Assembly (NCBI GenBank): GCA_041173745.1
Contig: JBEDID010000001.1
Location: forward strand, 1 to 57,949
DNA length: 57,949 nucleotides
Direction of reading: 5' to 3'
Source: Candidatus Parcubacteria bacterium
GTDB taxonomy: Bacteria > Patescibacteriota > Minisyncoccia > Phycocordibacterales > UBA918
In this document: one piece after another, positions 15,715 to 25,102 of the stretch
Position numbering within the stretch: the stretch's first letter is position 1
Layout: every line of letters starts with the position of its first letter
Made by a program: the position numbers and the translations under genes
The notes under the pieces: generated by a model
What the model saw: only the letters and a program-made list of their open reading frames with translations
Told to the model about the DNA's origin: nothing
Databases searched by the model: none

Positions 15715-15978
15715 ATGCCAATTACAAAAGGAGCAGAAAAAGCCTATCGTCAATCAGAGCGCAAGCGCGTGTTTAACATTCGTCGCAAGGGCACAATGAA
15801 AGACGCTGAAAAGGCAGTCCAAAAAGCCATCACTGGTGGCGACCCCGTTAAAGCAAAAGAGCTTTTACCAACTGCTTACAAAGCAATTGATAAAGCTGCT
15901 AAGCGTGGAGTTATTAAAAGTAACACCGCCGATCGCAAGAAGTCACGATTGACCGCTCGCGTCAAAGCCGCTAAGTAA
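15715..15978 (+). CDS. rpsT: 30S ribosomal protein S20
   Basis: MPITKGAEKAYRQSERKRVFNIRRK... Basic, 87 aa, typical S20. Confidence 0.9.
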   Translation: MPITKGAEKAYRQSERKRVFNIRRKGTMKDAEKAVQKAITGGDPVKAKELLPTAYKAIDKAAKRGVIKSNTADRKKSRLTARVKAAK

Positions 15979-15980
15979 AT

Positions 15981-16008
15981 AAAAAACCGCCTTCGGGCGG
16001 TTTTTTTT
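15981..16008. terminator. bidirectional intrinsic terminator (rpsT / csoR)
   Basis: aaaaaaccgcc-ttcg-ggcggtttttttt. Confidence 0.85.
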
Positions 16009-16019
16009 ATTGTTTAACT

Positions 16020-16280
16020 TTAATCACTAGCCAAAACTTTAATTGCTTCAGAGATTTGTTGGTCACGCTCTTGGGCAGGCAGGTTCTGACATTGATGAAT
16101 GTGTTGCAGGACATACTGCTCACTAGTGCGCTTAAGGGCAGAGCGGGCGGCTTTGATTTGAGAAATAAAAGCTTTGCAGTCCTTCACCTCATCTTTCTCT
16201 AAGGCTAAGCGCAACGCACGTACCTGTCCTTCAGCGCGACTAAGGCGATCGAGTAAAGCTTTGTTATCAGAATTATTCAT
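16020..16280 (-). CDS. csoR: CsoR/RcnR/FrmR family metal-sensing transcriptional repressor
   Basis: 86 aa with LDRLSRAEGQVRAL. The Cys (..KDCKAF..) plus H-x3-C (QHIHQC) spacing matches the Cu(I) C-H-C ligand pattern. Confidence 0.8.
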   Translation of the reverse strand: MNNSDNKALLDRLSRAEGQVRALRLALEKDEVKDCKAFISQIKAARSALKRTSEQYVLQHIHQCQNLPAQERDQQISEAIKVLASD

Positions 16281-16349
16281 AAGATTTAAATTAAGGGCTA
16301 CTAAATTTTACTATAAAAGAAAAAGAAAAAGGGTAGAGGAGTTTACAAT

Positions 16350-16369
16350 ATATACCCTATAGGGTATAT
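16350..16369. promoter_or_regulatory. perfect 20-bp palindrome, candidate CsoR operator
   Basis: ATATACCCTATAGGGTATAT, with all 10 pairs checked. It ends 8 nt upstream of the MFP start codon, in the csoR/efflux divergent region. Confidence 0.6.
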
Positions 16370-16377
16370 TAACACAC

Positions 16378-17979
16378 ATGATATCGATGACAAGTAAGCG
16401 GGGTAAACTGCTTATCACAGTGGCATTAGGAATAATCGTATCGGTTAGTGCCTTCAGTGTTTTTACCAATGAAGTTGAAGTGGCGATGGGACAAGATGTT
16501 GAAAAGCAATTAACAAATAAAATTTATCTCAGTACCAGCACGCTCCCTGTCTTGGTATCGGGGGTTGTTGAAGCGGCTGACAGTGCGACTATTTATGCTG
16601 AAACAGCAGGAGTGATTACTGTATTACCACTGCGCGAAGGGGCACTGGTGACAACCGGACAAGTACTTAGTCGGCAGGCGACACCAGTGGCCAATGCGCA
16701 TGTACAACTAGCTCAAGCTGAGTTGGGTTTGGTGAAGTTGCAACAAGCACAAAGTGTTGAGTTGAATAATTTGAGTGCAAAACAAGCGACTGTTCGTACC
16801 TACTCCGCGCAAGAAATTGCGACTTTGCGTACAGTCAGTAATGATAAACGAGTAACAGAAGCTAAAGCCGCACTTTTAAAAACTATTGAACAGAATCTTC
16901 TAACGACAGTAACGGCAATTGATTATGTTAATAATAATCGTCCTTTATTTTCGGCTACTGGTCTGCGTGTTTATGATTCTGTTGTAAAAGATTTGTACGG
17001 AACTTCCCCTAAATATTTCATCGGTGGAGTACAGCATACGATTACTAATTCGGCTGACATACTGCCATTACTAACTGAGTTGAAAAATAATCCCTCAGCT
17101 TCGGTTACTGAAGTACAAACTTTAGCCGCACTAACAGCGCAACAGTTGAACGCTGTCTCATATTTATTTACGACTGCTGAATCAGATGTATTTGATCGGG
17201 GTTCAAGTTTTATGACACCGGCTCTTCAGACTGAATATTTAAATCAAAGAACAGCAGTGTTGGCGGCGGCTCAAATAATGCAAGTTAATCAAGCTACTAC
17301 GGAACAAGTAATTGACAGAACACTAGAGGAGGCTGTCGCACAAAATACAACAGTCTCAGTGACAGATTTAGACGAGCAGTTAGCTGCTACGCAGAATCAG
17401 TACGCAGTTAAAATTGCAAACCAATCTGAATTAGTCAGTGGGGCAGCCATCGCTGTTGCTGCCGCTGAACAATCACTTGGGGTAGTGACGTCTCCCTTTA
17501 GTGGAATTGTTTCAAAAGTGTATGCGCATGTCGGTGAGTATGTAACACCGGGAACACCTTTGTTTACCTTGGTTGGAACTGGTGCTCGCGAACTTCGCGT
17601 TTCAGTACCAGCTTACTTATTACCGAGTGTCTCCATCGGTCAATCTTTTTCTGTCGATGGAGAAGCACAAGGGTTTGTTAATCGGTTTAGTGCCGTGAGT
17701 GAAGGTGGTAGTGGTGAGGTGATAATTACTCTTACGTCTGACGCAGACATGACTGTTGGAGCTAGTGTGATTGGTTATTTGGAATTAGTTTGTGATAAAA
17801 ATATTTATCAAGTTCCACGAACCTATATTCACTTTACTAATAATGGTCCACAGTTGGTGTACGCAAGTGGAGTCAAAAGTGCTGTAGAAATTATCTACGA
17901 TTCTGGAGCTGAACTATATATCCAAGTAGTCGACTTTAAATCAGAGTCATTAAAATCGGTTACTAGTATTTCATTCTAA
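16378..17979 (+). CDS. efflux RND periplasmic adaptor (HlyD/MFP family), long form
   Basis: N-terminal TM, long coiled-coil region, and C-terminal beta-barrel motifs (SPFSGIVSKVYAHVGEYVTPGTPLF). Translationally coupled to the RND pump. Confidence 0.75.
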   Translation: MISMTSKRGKLLITVALGIIVSVSAFSVFTNEVEVAMGQDVEKQLTNKIYLSTSTLPVLVSGVVEAADSATIYAETAGVITVLPLREGALVTTGQVLSRQATPVANAHVQLAQAELGLVKLQQAQSVELNNLSAKQATVRTYSAQEIATLRTVSNDKRVTEAKAALLKTIEQNLLTTVTAIDYVNNNRPLFSATGLRVYDSVVKDLYGTSPKYFIGGVQHTITNSADILPLLTELKNNPSASVTEVQTLAALTAQQLNAVSYLFTTAESDVFDRGSSFMTPALQTEYLNQRTAVLAAAQIMQVNQATTEQVIDRTLEEAVAQNTTVSVTDLDEQLAATQNQYAVKIANQSELVSGAAIAVAAAEQSLGVVTSPFSGIVSKVYAHVGEYVTPGTPLFTLVGTGARELRVSVPAYLLPSVSIGQSFSVDGEAQGFVNRFSAVSEGGSGEVIITLTSDADMTVGASVIGYLELVCDKNIYQVPRTYIHFTNNGPQLVYASGVKSAVEIIYDSGAELYIQVVDFKSESLKSVTSISF

Positions 17980-17980
17980 T

Positions 17981-20900
17981 ATGTCAGTTCACGAAATTAA
18001 CTTAGCTGGACGGATTAGTCACTTCTTTGCAGTCAATCGTCCGCTGTCAGTTTTACTATTGCTTGTTTCCTTGGTATTTGGTTTAGTGTCATTTTTTGTT
18101 ACCCCCAAACAATATAATCCTGAGATAGTGCGCCCAGCCTTTGCTGTGTCTCTGACATATCAAGGAGCTACAGTTGACGAATCTATCAATCGTGTTGTTT
18201 ATGAACTGGTTGAAAAGATAGATACTGTACCGGGTGTGGATGATGTTTATACGGAAGTGCATGACGGAGCACGAATCAACACGACGGTAATTTTCGAAGT
18301 GGGTTACGATGCAACTAAAGCCAAACTTGATTTATTAACGCAACTTAATCAGCATAGTTATTTAGCTAACGGAAATATTGCAACTCCACAAATAATTGAA
18401 ATTAATCCTGAAACCATTCCGGTTTTACAATTGGCATTTGGTTCAGCTGACTTATCAATTTCTGAATTAAGACAGTTGGTCACTAGACTATCGCAACGTT
18501 TAGGACAGGTGCCAGATGTGAGTGAGATGCAAGTTTATGGTGGTTATCAGGCGGCGTTAGTGGTGGAGGTTAATCCCGATTTACTACAAACTAATCAGCT
18601 TTCTTTTGCGGACGTGCAACAAACTTTGCAGCAGAGTCAGGAGCGGGTGGTGACAACCGGTTTACATAATCAACCTTACACAATTGATTTAGTGTTTGAC
18701 GGGGTAGCTGATTCAGCTGAGGCTATCGGCAACTTAGTGGTGCGCGAAGGAGTGCAGATTCGGGATGTGGCAAAAGTTTATGAAGGAGTGCTTGGTGCTC
18801 GGTCTTATGTTTTTTATCAGGATAAAGCAGAGTCAGGGGAAGTGGTTTTACTCTCAGTGGCGAAGGTTGAAGGTTCGAGTGCGCCGGTAGTAACCAAAGC
18901 CTTCTTAAAAACTTTGTCAGAAATTAATGCTGAACCAGAATTTTCTGGATTGCAATATAAAGTAATTGGTAACGATGGAGCAACAGCTGAAACAGAAATT
19001 TTAGGTTTAACTAAAAATCTTATTAGTTCGATTTTGATTGTGGCAGTTGTGCTTTTGCTGTTTCTTTCAATGCGCGCGGCGGCAGTAGTGTTGGTGGCAA
19101 TTCCTGTGACGTTATTGGTAGTGTTTGGTTTAGGTTTTTTGTTTCATCAAACAATTAACCGGATTACATTGTTCGCCCTTATTTTGTCGCTCGGCTTGTT
19201 AGTTGATTCGGCGATTGTGGCGGTAGAAAATATGTACGCTCACTTAAGACGTTATCACGCCGAGCCGACTGCCGCGACCAGAGAGCGAGTAATCGCCGGA
19301 GCAATTGATGAAATTGGTGTAGGATTATTACTTTCAATGTTGACCTCAGTCATCGTCTTTCTACCGATGAATTATATTACTGGAATGATGGGTCCATACA
19401 TGGGTCCGATTGCTTTCTTTGTACCGGCCGCACTGATGGTGTCGTTCTTAGTAGCGATTGTGGTAACGCCTTTCGTGGCCAATCATTTACTACGTGTAGA
19501 TGAAATACCAAATCGGTTCACCGTTTTATTTTCTAGAGTTATGGAAAGTGTGACCAAAGTTTATGTAAAACTTTTGCGGGTAATTTTATATAATCCCATC
19601 TTGCAAAAACGTTTATTGCTTTCAGCAGTTGGAGTATTCCTACTAACGTTGCTACTACCATTGTTCGGCTTAGTGCATTTTCAAATGTTGCCTAAGGCTG
19701 ATCGTGACCAGTTTTATGTGTACGTTGATTTACCGGTAGGAACAGACAGGGAAGAGACTAAACGAGTGACGAGCGAAGTGGCGACTATTTTGTTGGCTGA
19801 TGCTGATGTGCGAAATGCGCAGCAATTTATTGCTACACCTCCGATTCTTGATTTTAACGGCATGTTCAAAGGGGCTCAAAATCGGAGTGCCGCGCAGCAA
19901 GCGACCATTCGGGTAAATCTTACTCCCGCTGGCGAACGTAAGCGAAGTTCTACTGATGTGGTTGATTCAGTTCGTCATGCTGTGACAGATAAATTGCCAG
20001 CTGTTGTGTCGGCCGTGCGTTATTTAGAAGAACCACCTGGTCCACCTGTCCGAGCGACGTTTGTGGCTAAAGTTGCAACGGCTGACGCTACTAAACAACG
20101 TGAGCTGGCCGCTGCCTTAGAATCATTTATTACTAAGGTGCCAGGAGTAGTCGATACTTACGTGAGTGACGAAGCTCAAGTAGGCCGAGTGCGTTATAAC
20201 TTTGATTACGCTGCTGCCGAGAAACTCGGGGTCTCTCCCAAGGCAGTGTCAGATATGGTGCAAGCTTTGGGTGGAGTGATTGAAGTGGCTGAGTTCAAAG
20301 GTTCTGATTCAGTTACTTATACGCCAATTGTGATGCGATTACCTTCACAATATTTGCAATCACCCAACGTCATTGATTCTGTAACTGTGATGACAAATCA
20401 TGGTAAGTTAGTGCCCTTACGTTCAGTCTTGATGGTTGACTACGAAGCACGGCCAGCCACGACTTATATGGAAGATGTCGGACAGTTGTCCTATGTTACG
20501 GCTGAAGTGGAAGACCGTTCAATTGTGTATGTTGTCATTGAGGTAATTAAGCGTCTAACGGCTGGAGAATTATCTGGTTACACTGTCACAAATTGGAATT
20601 TGTGGAGTATGGAAATTGCTAGCGCTGACGGTACAGTTGCTACTCTGACTTGGGGAGGGGAATGGGAAATGACCTTGGAAAATTTCCGTGACTTAGGGGT
20701 CGCAATGGGAGTTGCTTTACTTATGGTCTATGCACTCTTAGTAGCGCAGTACAACACCTTCAGTACACCGGCCTATATTTTAGTGACAATACCACTTGGA
20801 TTAGTTGGGATTTTATGGGGTTTCTTTTTCCTTGATGTTGGCTTTAGTATTAACCTTACAGCCACGGCGCTGATTGGATTTATTGCGCTGATTGGACTAG

Positions 20901-21175
20901 TAGTTAATAACGCGATTATCTTTCTCGAGTATGTTGAGCAAGCTCGCACCGATGGACTTTCATATCGTGAATCTTTAATTGCTGCCGGAGAAGCTCGGTT
21001 GCGTCCTATCTTTCTCACCTCACTTACAACCGTGCTGGGCTCACTCACAATTGCCAGCGATCCAGTTTGGTCAGGGTTAGCTTGGGCGATTATTTTCGGA
21101 TTGTCATTATCAACTATACTAACTCTCATTATGTACCCAACACTTTTGGTATATTTTAATCGAACTGAAAAGTAG
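17981..21175 (+). CDS. efflux RND transporter permease (AcrB/CusA superfamily)
   Basis: 1064 aa. Two 6-TM bundles with large loops. GLLVDSAIVAVEN and GLVVNNAIIFLEY repeated motifs. Confidence 0.9.
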   Translation: MSVHEINLAGRISHFFAVNRPLSVLLLLVSLVFGLVSFFVTPKQYNPEIVRPAFAVSLTYQGATVDESINRVVYELVEKIDTVPGVDDVYTEVHDGARINTTVIFEVGYDATKAKLDLLTQLNQHSYLANGNIATPQIIEINPETIPVLQLAFGSADLSISELRQLVTRLSQRLGQVPDVSEMQVYGGYQAALVVEVNPDLLQTNQLSFADVQQTLQQSQERVVTTGLHNQPYTIDLVFDGVADSAEAIGNLVVREGVQIRDVAKVYEGVLGARSYVFYQDKAESGEVVLLSVAKVEGSSAPVVTKAFLKTLSEINAEPEFSGLQYKVIGNDGATAETEILGLTKNLISSILIVAVVLLLFLSMRAAAVVLVAIPVTLLVVFGLGFLFHQTINRITLFALILSLGLLVDSAIVAVENMYAHLRRYHAEPTAATRERVIAGAIDEIGVGLLLSMLTSVIVFLPMNYITGMMGPYMGPIAFFVPAALMVSFLVAIVVTPFVANHLLRVDEIPNRFTVLFSRVMESVTKVYVKLLRVILYNPILQKRLLLSAVGVFLLTLLLPLFGLVHFQMLPKADRDQFYVYVDLPVGTDREETKRVTSEVATILLADADVRNAQQFIATPPILDFNGMFKGAQNRSAAQQATIRVNLTPAGERKRSSTDVVDSVRHAVTDKLPAVVSAVRYLEEPPGPPVRATFVAKVATADATKQRELAAALESFITKVPGVVDTYVSDEAQVGRVRYNFDYAAAEKLGVSPKAVSDMVQALGGVIEVAEFKGSDSVTYTPIVMRLPSQYLQSPNVIDSVTVMTNHGKLVPLRSVLMVDYEARPATTYMEDVGQLSYVTAEVEDRSIVYVVIEVIKRLTAGELSGYTVTNWNLWSMEIASADGTVATLTWGGEWEMTLENFRDLGVAMGVALLMVYALLVAQYNTFSTPAYILVTIPLGLVGILWGFFFLDVGFSINLTATALIGFIALIGLVVNNAIIFLEYVEQARTDGLSYRESLIAAGEARLRPIFLTSLTTVLGSLTIASDPVWSGLAWAIIFGLSLSTILTLIMYPTLLVYFNRTEK

Positions 21176-21209
21176 TAAAATAGAATTAATAATTAAATAA
21201 TTAACCTTT

Positions 21210-21455
21210 ATGTTTTATCTTCAGACTAAAAATTTACAAGAACCAGTTGCTCTACAAAACTTACCAACCTTACGTCAGTCTTTTGTGGTTGCTTCAGTAA
21301 TAATAATTCTCGGATATGTCCTGGGAGCACTAGTTGATCCCCGGTTTGAATTTCTCCCGCTGCTCGTCGCGGGCGGATTAATGTTTGCCGGAGTAACAGG
21401 CGTGTGTCCAATGGTAATGCTAGTTCAAAAGATGCCTTGGAATCGTAATAAGTAA
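21210..21455 (+). CDS. DUF2892 (YgaP-like) small membrane protein
   Basis: 81 aa with two TM segments. GGLMFAGVTGVCPM motif. Confidence 0.65.
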   Translation: MFYLQTKNLQEPVALQNLPTLRQSFVVASVIIILGYVLGALVDPRFEFLPLLVAGGLMFAGVTGVCPMVMLVQKMPWNRNK

Positions 21456-21493
21456 TTAGGTTCATCATTTTCATATAGTACAATCATAACTAT

Positions 21494-22324
21494 ATGAATA
21501 TTAAAAATTGGTCAATAAAAAAACGTTTTGCTGTAGTATTGTTTGTGCCAGTGGTGTTTTTTGCCGCTTGGTACTTCTTGCAAAGTCCGAGCAATAATCG
21601 TAATTGGACGCCTGATCAACAGTTGTTACCTTACGCCGCAATGAATAACGGACTGGCTGAAGTATTTAATATTCGGAATTTTTCTTATACGGCAGTGGGC
21701 GAATATACTCCGGCTTATTACAACAAAACCTTCGATCTATCTGAGTTGGAAACAGTCGATTATATTGTTGAGCCGTTTAACGGTATTGGTGCGGCCCATA
21801 CGTTTCTTAGTTTTGGTTTTAGTACTGGTGATTATCTCGCAGTCTCAGTGGAGATTCGTAAAGAAGTAGGGGAGTCATTTTCTCCGCTTAAAGGTATTCT
21901 GCGTAATTACGAAATTATGTACGTCGTAGCAGATGAGCGTGATGTGATTAAACTTCGAACTAATTTCCGCAAAGATGATGTGTATCTGTATCCTGTTAAA
22001 ACCACAAAAGAGAATATGCAAAAAGTTTTTGTCGATATTATGAATCGTATTAATACTTTGAAAGATAAGCCAGAGTTCTACAATACGCTTACAAATACTT
22101 GTACGACTAATATTGTTAGTCATGTTAACACTATAGTACCAGGAAGGATTCCACACGACTTGCGCTTGTTGCTACCAAAAAATTCAGACGAACTAGCCTA
22201 TGAACTAGGGTTGATAGATACCAGTCTGCCACTAGAGGAGTTGCGTCGCAAGCACCGTATCAATGAATTAGCCGAACAATACGCCGACAGTCTAGATTTT
22301 TCCCAAAAGATTAGGGGGCAATAA
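21494..22324 (+). CDS. DUF4105 domain-containing protein
   Basis: N-terminal TM, NRNWTPDQ..., and FNIRNFSY motifs typical of the DUF4105/Lnb N-terminal domain. Confidence 0.6.
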   Translation: MNIKNWSIKKRFAVVLFVPVVFFAAWYFLQSPSNNRNWTPDQQLLPYAAMNNGLAEVFNIRNFSYTAVGEYTPAYYNKTFDLSELETVDYIVEPFNGIGAAHTFLSFGFSTGDYLAVSVEIRKEVGESFSPLKGILRNYEIMYVVADERDVIKLRTNFRKDDVYLYPVKTTKENMQKVFVDIMNRINTLKDKPEFYNTLTNTCTTNIVSHVNTIVPGRIPHDLRLLLPKNSDELAYELGLIDTSLPLEELRRKHRINELAEQYADSLDFSQKIRGQ

Positions 22325-22349
22325 ATAAATTCTGTCTGAACAGAAAGTA

Positions 22350-22391
22350 AAAACAAAAAGCTTGAGAGTAAACTCTCAAGCTTTTTGTTTT
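22350..22391. terminator. 19-bp perfect hairpin, bidirectional terminator
   Basis: aaaacaaaaagcttgagag-taaa-ctctcaagctttttgtttt. Confidence 0.8.
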
Positions 22392-22406
22392 TTAAATGTA
22401 GTTAAA

Positions 22407-22862
22407 TTAACTAGCAGCCGACACTCGACTGGGCTGTACTGCTACAGGAGCTGCTGCTGCAGCCTTTTTCTTAGCTGCGGCAATTTGGTCAGCGAGGGCA
22501 GTGTTTGGTTTAGAGACTGGAGTCGGTGCGACTGGGGTTACTGTAGGTGCTGTGGCACTGGGTTTGACTGCTACCGGCGTTACTGGATTTGGTTTTGTTG
22601 CTACTGGAGTAATTGCTTTCACGGGTGTTGTTGCTACTGGTTGCTGGGCAACCAGTTCAATCGGAACAGCGAGATTAGCTTTTTGAATAAGTAACTGCTG
22701 CATCTCTTGTTGTGCTATTAGCTCCTCATGTAATCGTTTATCAGCACGTAAACCAATTAATTCCTCAACCATAATTTTCCTGGCGTAGAGAATAGAACTG
22801 GTCGTTAGTGTGATAAGGACTAACGAGAAAGTTATAGCTACATTTTTAATATCAGGTTTCAT
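22407..22862 (-). CDS. hypothetical membrane-anchored protein with Pro/Val/Thr/Ala-rich tail
   Basis: N-terminal TM (VAITFSLVLITLTT), a coiled segment, then a PVAT low-complexity region. Confidence 0.55.
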   Translation of the reverse strand: MKPDIKNVAITFSLVLITLTTSSILYARKIMVEELIGLRADKRLHEELIAQQEMQQLLIQKANLAVPIELVAQQPVATTPVKAITPVATKPNPVTPVAVKPSATAPTVTPVAPTPVSKPNTALADQIAAAKKKAAAAAPVAVQPSRVSAAS

Positions 22863-22938
22863 ACAATTAAGATTTTAACTCTAGTCTTTAAATTATTCTA
22901 GCTCGAGTGAACTAATAAAAATTAAAATAATTTAATAA

Positions 22939-24339
22939 TTAATCATCATTCTCATTTTCTCCATCGTGTTCACTTTCACTTTTATTTTCTCTTTCATCAT
23001 CACCATCTCTTTCACTTTCTCCTCCTTCGTCATCTTTGTAAATTTTAGGAGCAACAACATTATTTGGAATCAGATTAGCTAATCCACTGTCGGCTGGTTG
23101 GCTAGATCGATTATCATTTTTGATAACAAGTTGTTCATCAACTTGAACTTGAGTTAGGGCAGGAAAGTCATTCAAGATAGCGGCAATAATTTCTGCTCGA
23201 GTGGTGGCAGCGGTCTCAACGTAAACCGAGTCCTTACCAAAAGTAAGGGTGACGATAGTTTTATCAGTAAAGATGTTAGCTATAGCGGTAAAATCTGGCA
23301 AGGTGCTAGAAGCTGAAACTGTAGATTTTCGGACAGTTTCTTTTTCGCGGTTGTCAGATTGAACTTTAATAGTGTCACCCTTTTTCTCAACCTGGATTTT
23401 TTCATTACTTTCACCACGGATTTCTATTTTACTGTCACCATCGTCATTCATTTTTATTTCAAATCGACTATCGTTGTTTCCAATATGGATACCGTCACGA
23501 TCTTGTCGAACCTTACGTGATTGATTGTCTGTTTTTATTTCGCTGTTGATAAGAGACATTAATTCGGTTTTATTCAAATCTTCCGTATCTACACTATCAA
23601 GGAAACTTAGTAGCTCAGCAACCGCTTTGTCGACACGAGCTTGACCCTCGTTTGAAAGTGAAACTACCCCACGGTCTTTTGGTCGACTAGCGCGGTTTTC
23701 AACTGCAAAATCCATTGTCTCGATAATCATAGCATCTGTTAACATTGGAAATTTTTCTTGGATTACAATCAAAGTATCGACACTGGTAGTGGCGGTGGTT
23801 TCAAAATAAAATTTCTTGCCTTCAATCTGAATTCTAACGACTGTAGTGTCGGTAAAGACAGTCGCTTCTATTTCTAGTGTACTATCGGTACTCGTGGCTG
23901 TAGAACTGGCAGTGTCATCTGTGTTACTGGGAGATACAGTGATTTCCTCATCAATAATTGATCGCAGTTCGGCTAATCTTTCATCAGTTAGTTTTTGTAC
24001 TAAAGCGTCATGAGCTTCGGCATTTAGAGTGAGTCGTAATTGTAAGTTTTCAATCGCTCGTTCAACCGGGAAGAGTATGTCTCCTGGACGGGCAGCGTCA
24101 GAGGCAAAAGCAGTAGCTCCGCCGCCAAGGGCCAGAATAAGTAATAGTGCTAATGAAGTCATAGAATATGTATTTTTAAATGAAAATAATTTGGTAAAAG
24201 GGGAAGGGGTTGGTTGGATTACCGGAGTCGAGGGGTTTAATTTGGATTCAATATTGTTCCATAACGAAAGCGACACCGATTCACTTAGTTCAGGCCGGGC
24301 ATTCTCAATGATTTTTATGATATCAGTATTGTCTTCCAT
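22939..24339 (-). CDS. putative anti-sigma factor / DUF5667-like membrane protein with two internal repeats
   Basis: It lies immediately downstream of the ECF sigma gene and has a single TM (MTSLALLLILALGGG). ERAIENLQLRL... helical domain. Repeats FTD(T/K)T(V/I)V...ET(T/A)ATT occur twice. Acidic C-terminus. ATG 24339 is preferred over TTG 24354. Confidence 0.55.
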   Translation of the reverse strand: MEDNTDIIKIIENARPELSESVSLSLWNNIESKLNPSTPVIQPTPSPFTKLFSFKNTYSMTSLALLLILALGGGATAFASDAARPGDILFPVERAIENLQLRLTLNAEAHDALVQKLTDERLAELRSIIDEEITVSPSNTDDTASSTATSTDSTLEIEATVFTDTTVVRIQIEGKKFYFETTATTSVDTLIVIQEKFPMLTDAMIIETMDFAVENRASRPKDRGVVSLSNEGQARVDKAVAELLSFLDSVDTEDLNKTELMSLINSEIKTDNQSRKVRQDRDGIHIGNNDSRFEIKMNDDGDSKIEIRGESNEKIQVEKKGDTIKVQSDNREKETVRKSTVSASSTLPDFTAIANIFTDKTIVTLTFGKDSVYVETAATTRAEIIAAILNDFPALTQVQVDEQLVIKNDNRSSQPADSGLANLIPNNVVAPKIYKDDEGGESERDGDDERENKSESEHDGENENDD

Positions 24340-24340
24340 A

Positions 24341-24901
24341 TTATTGTGTATCAACTCTAGTAAATGTTGCCGCTAGTTCTTTTAGGGTGCGGTGGTGACG
24401 TACACGCACCGCCGATTCGTTCATTTCTAACAGTAGAGCAATCTCTGGAAACGTATAGCGGGACCAATGATGCAAGACGATAATTTCTCGTGACACCTCA
24501 TCTAAAGTAGAGAGGGCAGCGTGAATATCAATTTGGTCACCCAGCGCTTTATCGTTATTTGATAAAACTGCTGACATGCTAGTCTCATCAAATGACAAGT
24601 TGGTGTCATGGTCCCGTTTCTCTGCCTCACGATAATGTGAGGCGATTTTACGCCGAGTAATCGTAAACAAGTACGAGTAAAACTGCCCGCTGGATTGATA
24701 TGAAAACTTCGACAATGTCGAGAAAAAATCTATGAACACATCTTGTGTCACATCGGTCGCGATTTCAGTAGTGGCTGTTCGCGAACGAACATAAACAAAT
24801 ACTTGATTGCAGACACAGTCATAGAGTTTTTTACAGCTTTCCATATCACCTAGTGCGCTTTTTTCTACAAGCAAACTAATGTCATGATTACTCTTTTCCA
24901 T
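24341..24901 (-). CDS. ECF-type RNA polymerase sigma-70 factor
   Basis: Region 2 (DVTQDVFIDFF) and region 4 HTH (YTFPEIALLLEMNESAVRVRHHRTLKEL). 186 aa. Confidence 0.8.
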   Translation of the reverse strand: MEKSNHDISLLVEKSALGDMESCKKLYDCVCNQVFVYVRSRTATTEIATDVTQDVFIDFFSTLSKFSYQSSGQFYSYLFTITRRKIASHYREAEKRDHDTNLSFDETSMSAVLSNNDKALGDQIDIHAALSTLDEVSREIIVLHHWSRYTFPEIALLLEMNESAVRVRHHRTLKELAATFTRVDTQ

Positions 24902-25102
24902 AATTACTTTACTCTACACTATTAATGGTTACTTTTTAACAAAACGTTACATTTTATGGGCTTGCTTATAAAAACGATTATGATTAACATTTTATTATAT
25001 AAAAATAACTGACAAATCCCCAAATCAATTCATTTACTAGGCTAATAATATAATCTTTTATATTCTGTATTTGTTATACTGAACAAACATAACGTAAATT
25101 AT

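Noticed and set aside
15623-15721. N-terminal extension of ruvA (ORF to 15721), and similar extensions of ruvC (to 905), the P-type ATPase (to 47490), ruvX (from 40840) and the DUF2268 protease (to 52000)
   Set aside because: The extensions overlap neighbouring genes or repeat elements. They precede methionines where the conserved family N-termini begin.
22362-22694. Cys-rich ORF 22362..22694(+) and ORF 22501..22686(+)
   Set aside because: They are antisense shadow frames of the Pro/Val/Thr/Ala-rich low-complexity tail of the 22407..22862(-) gene.
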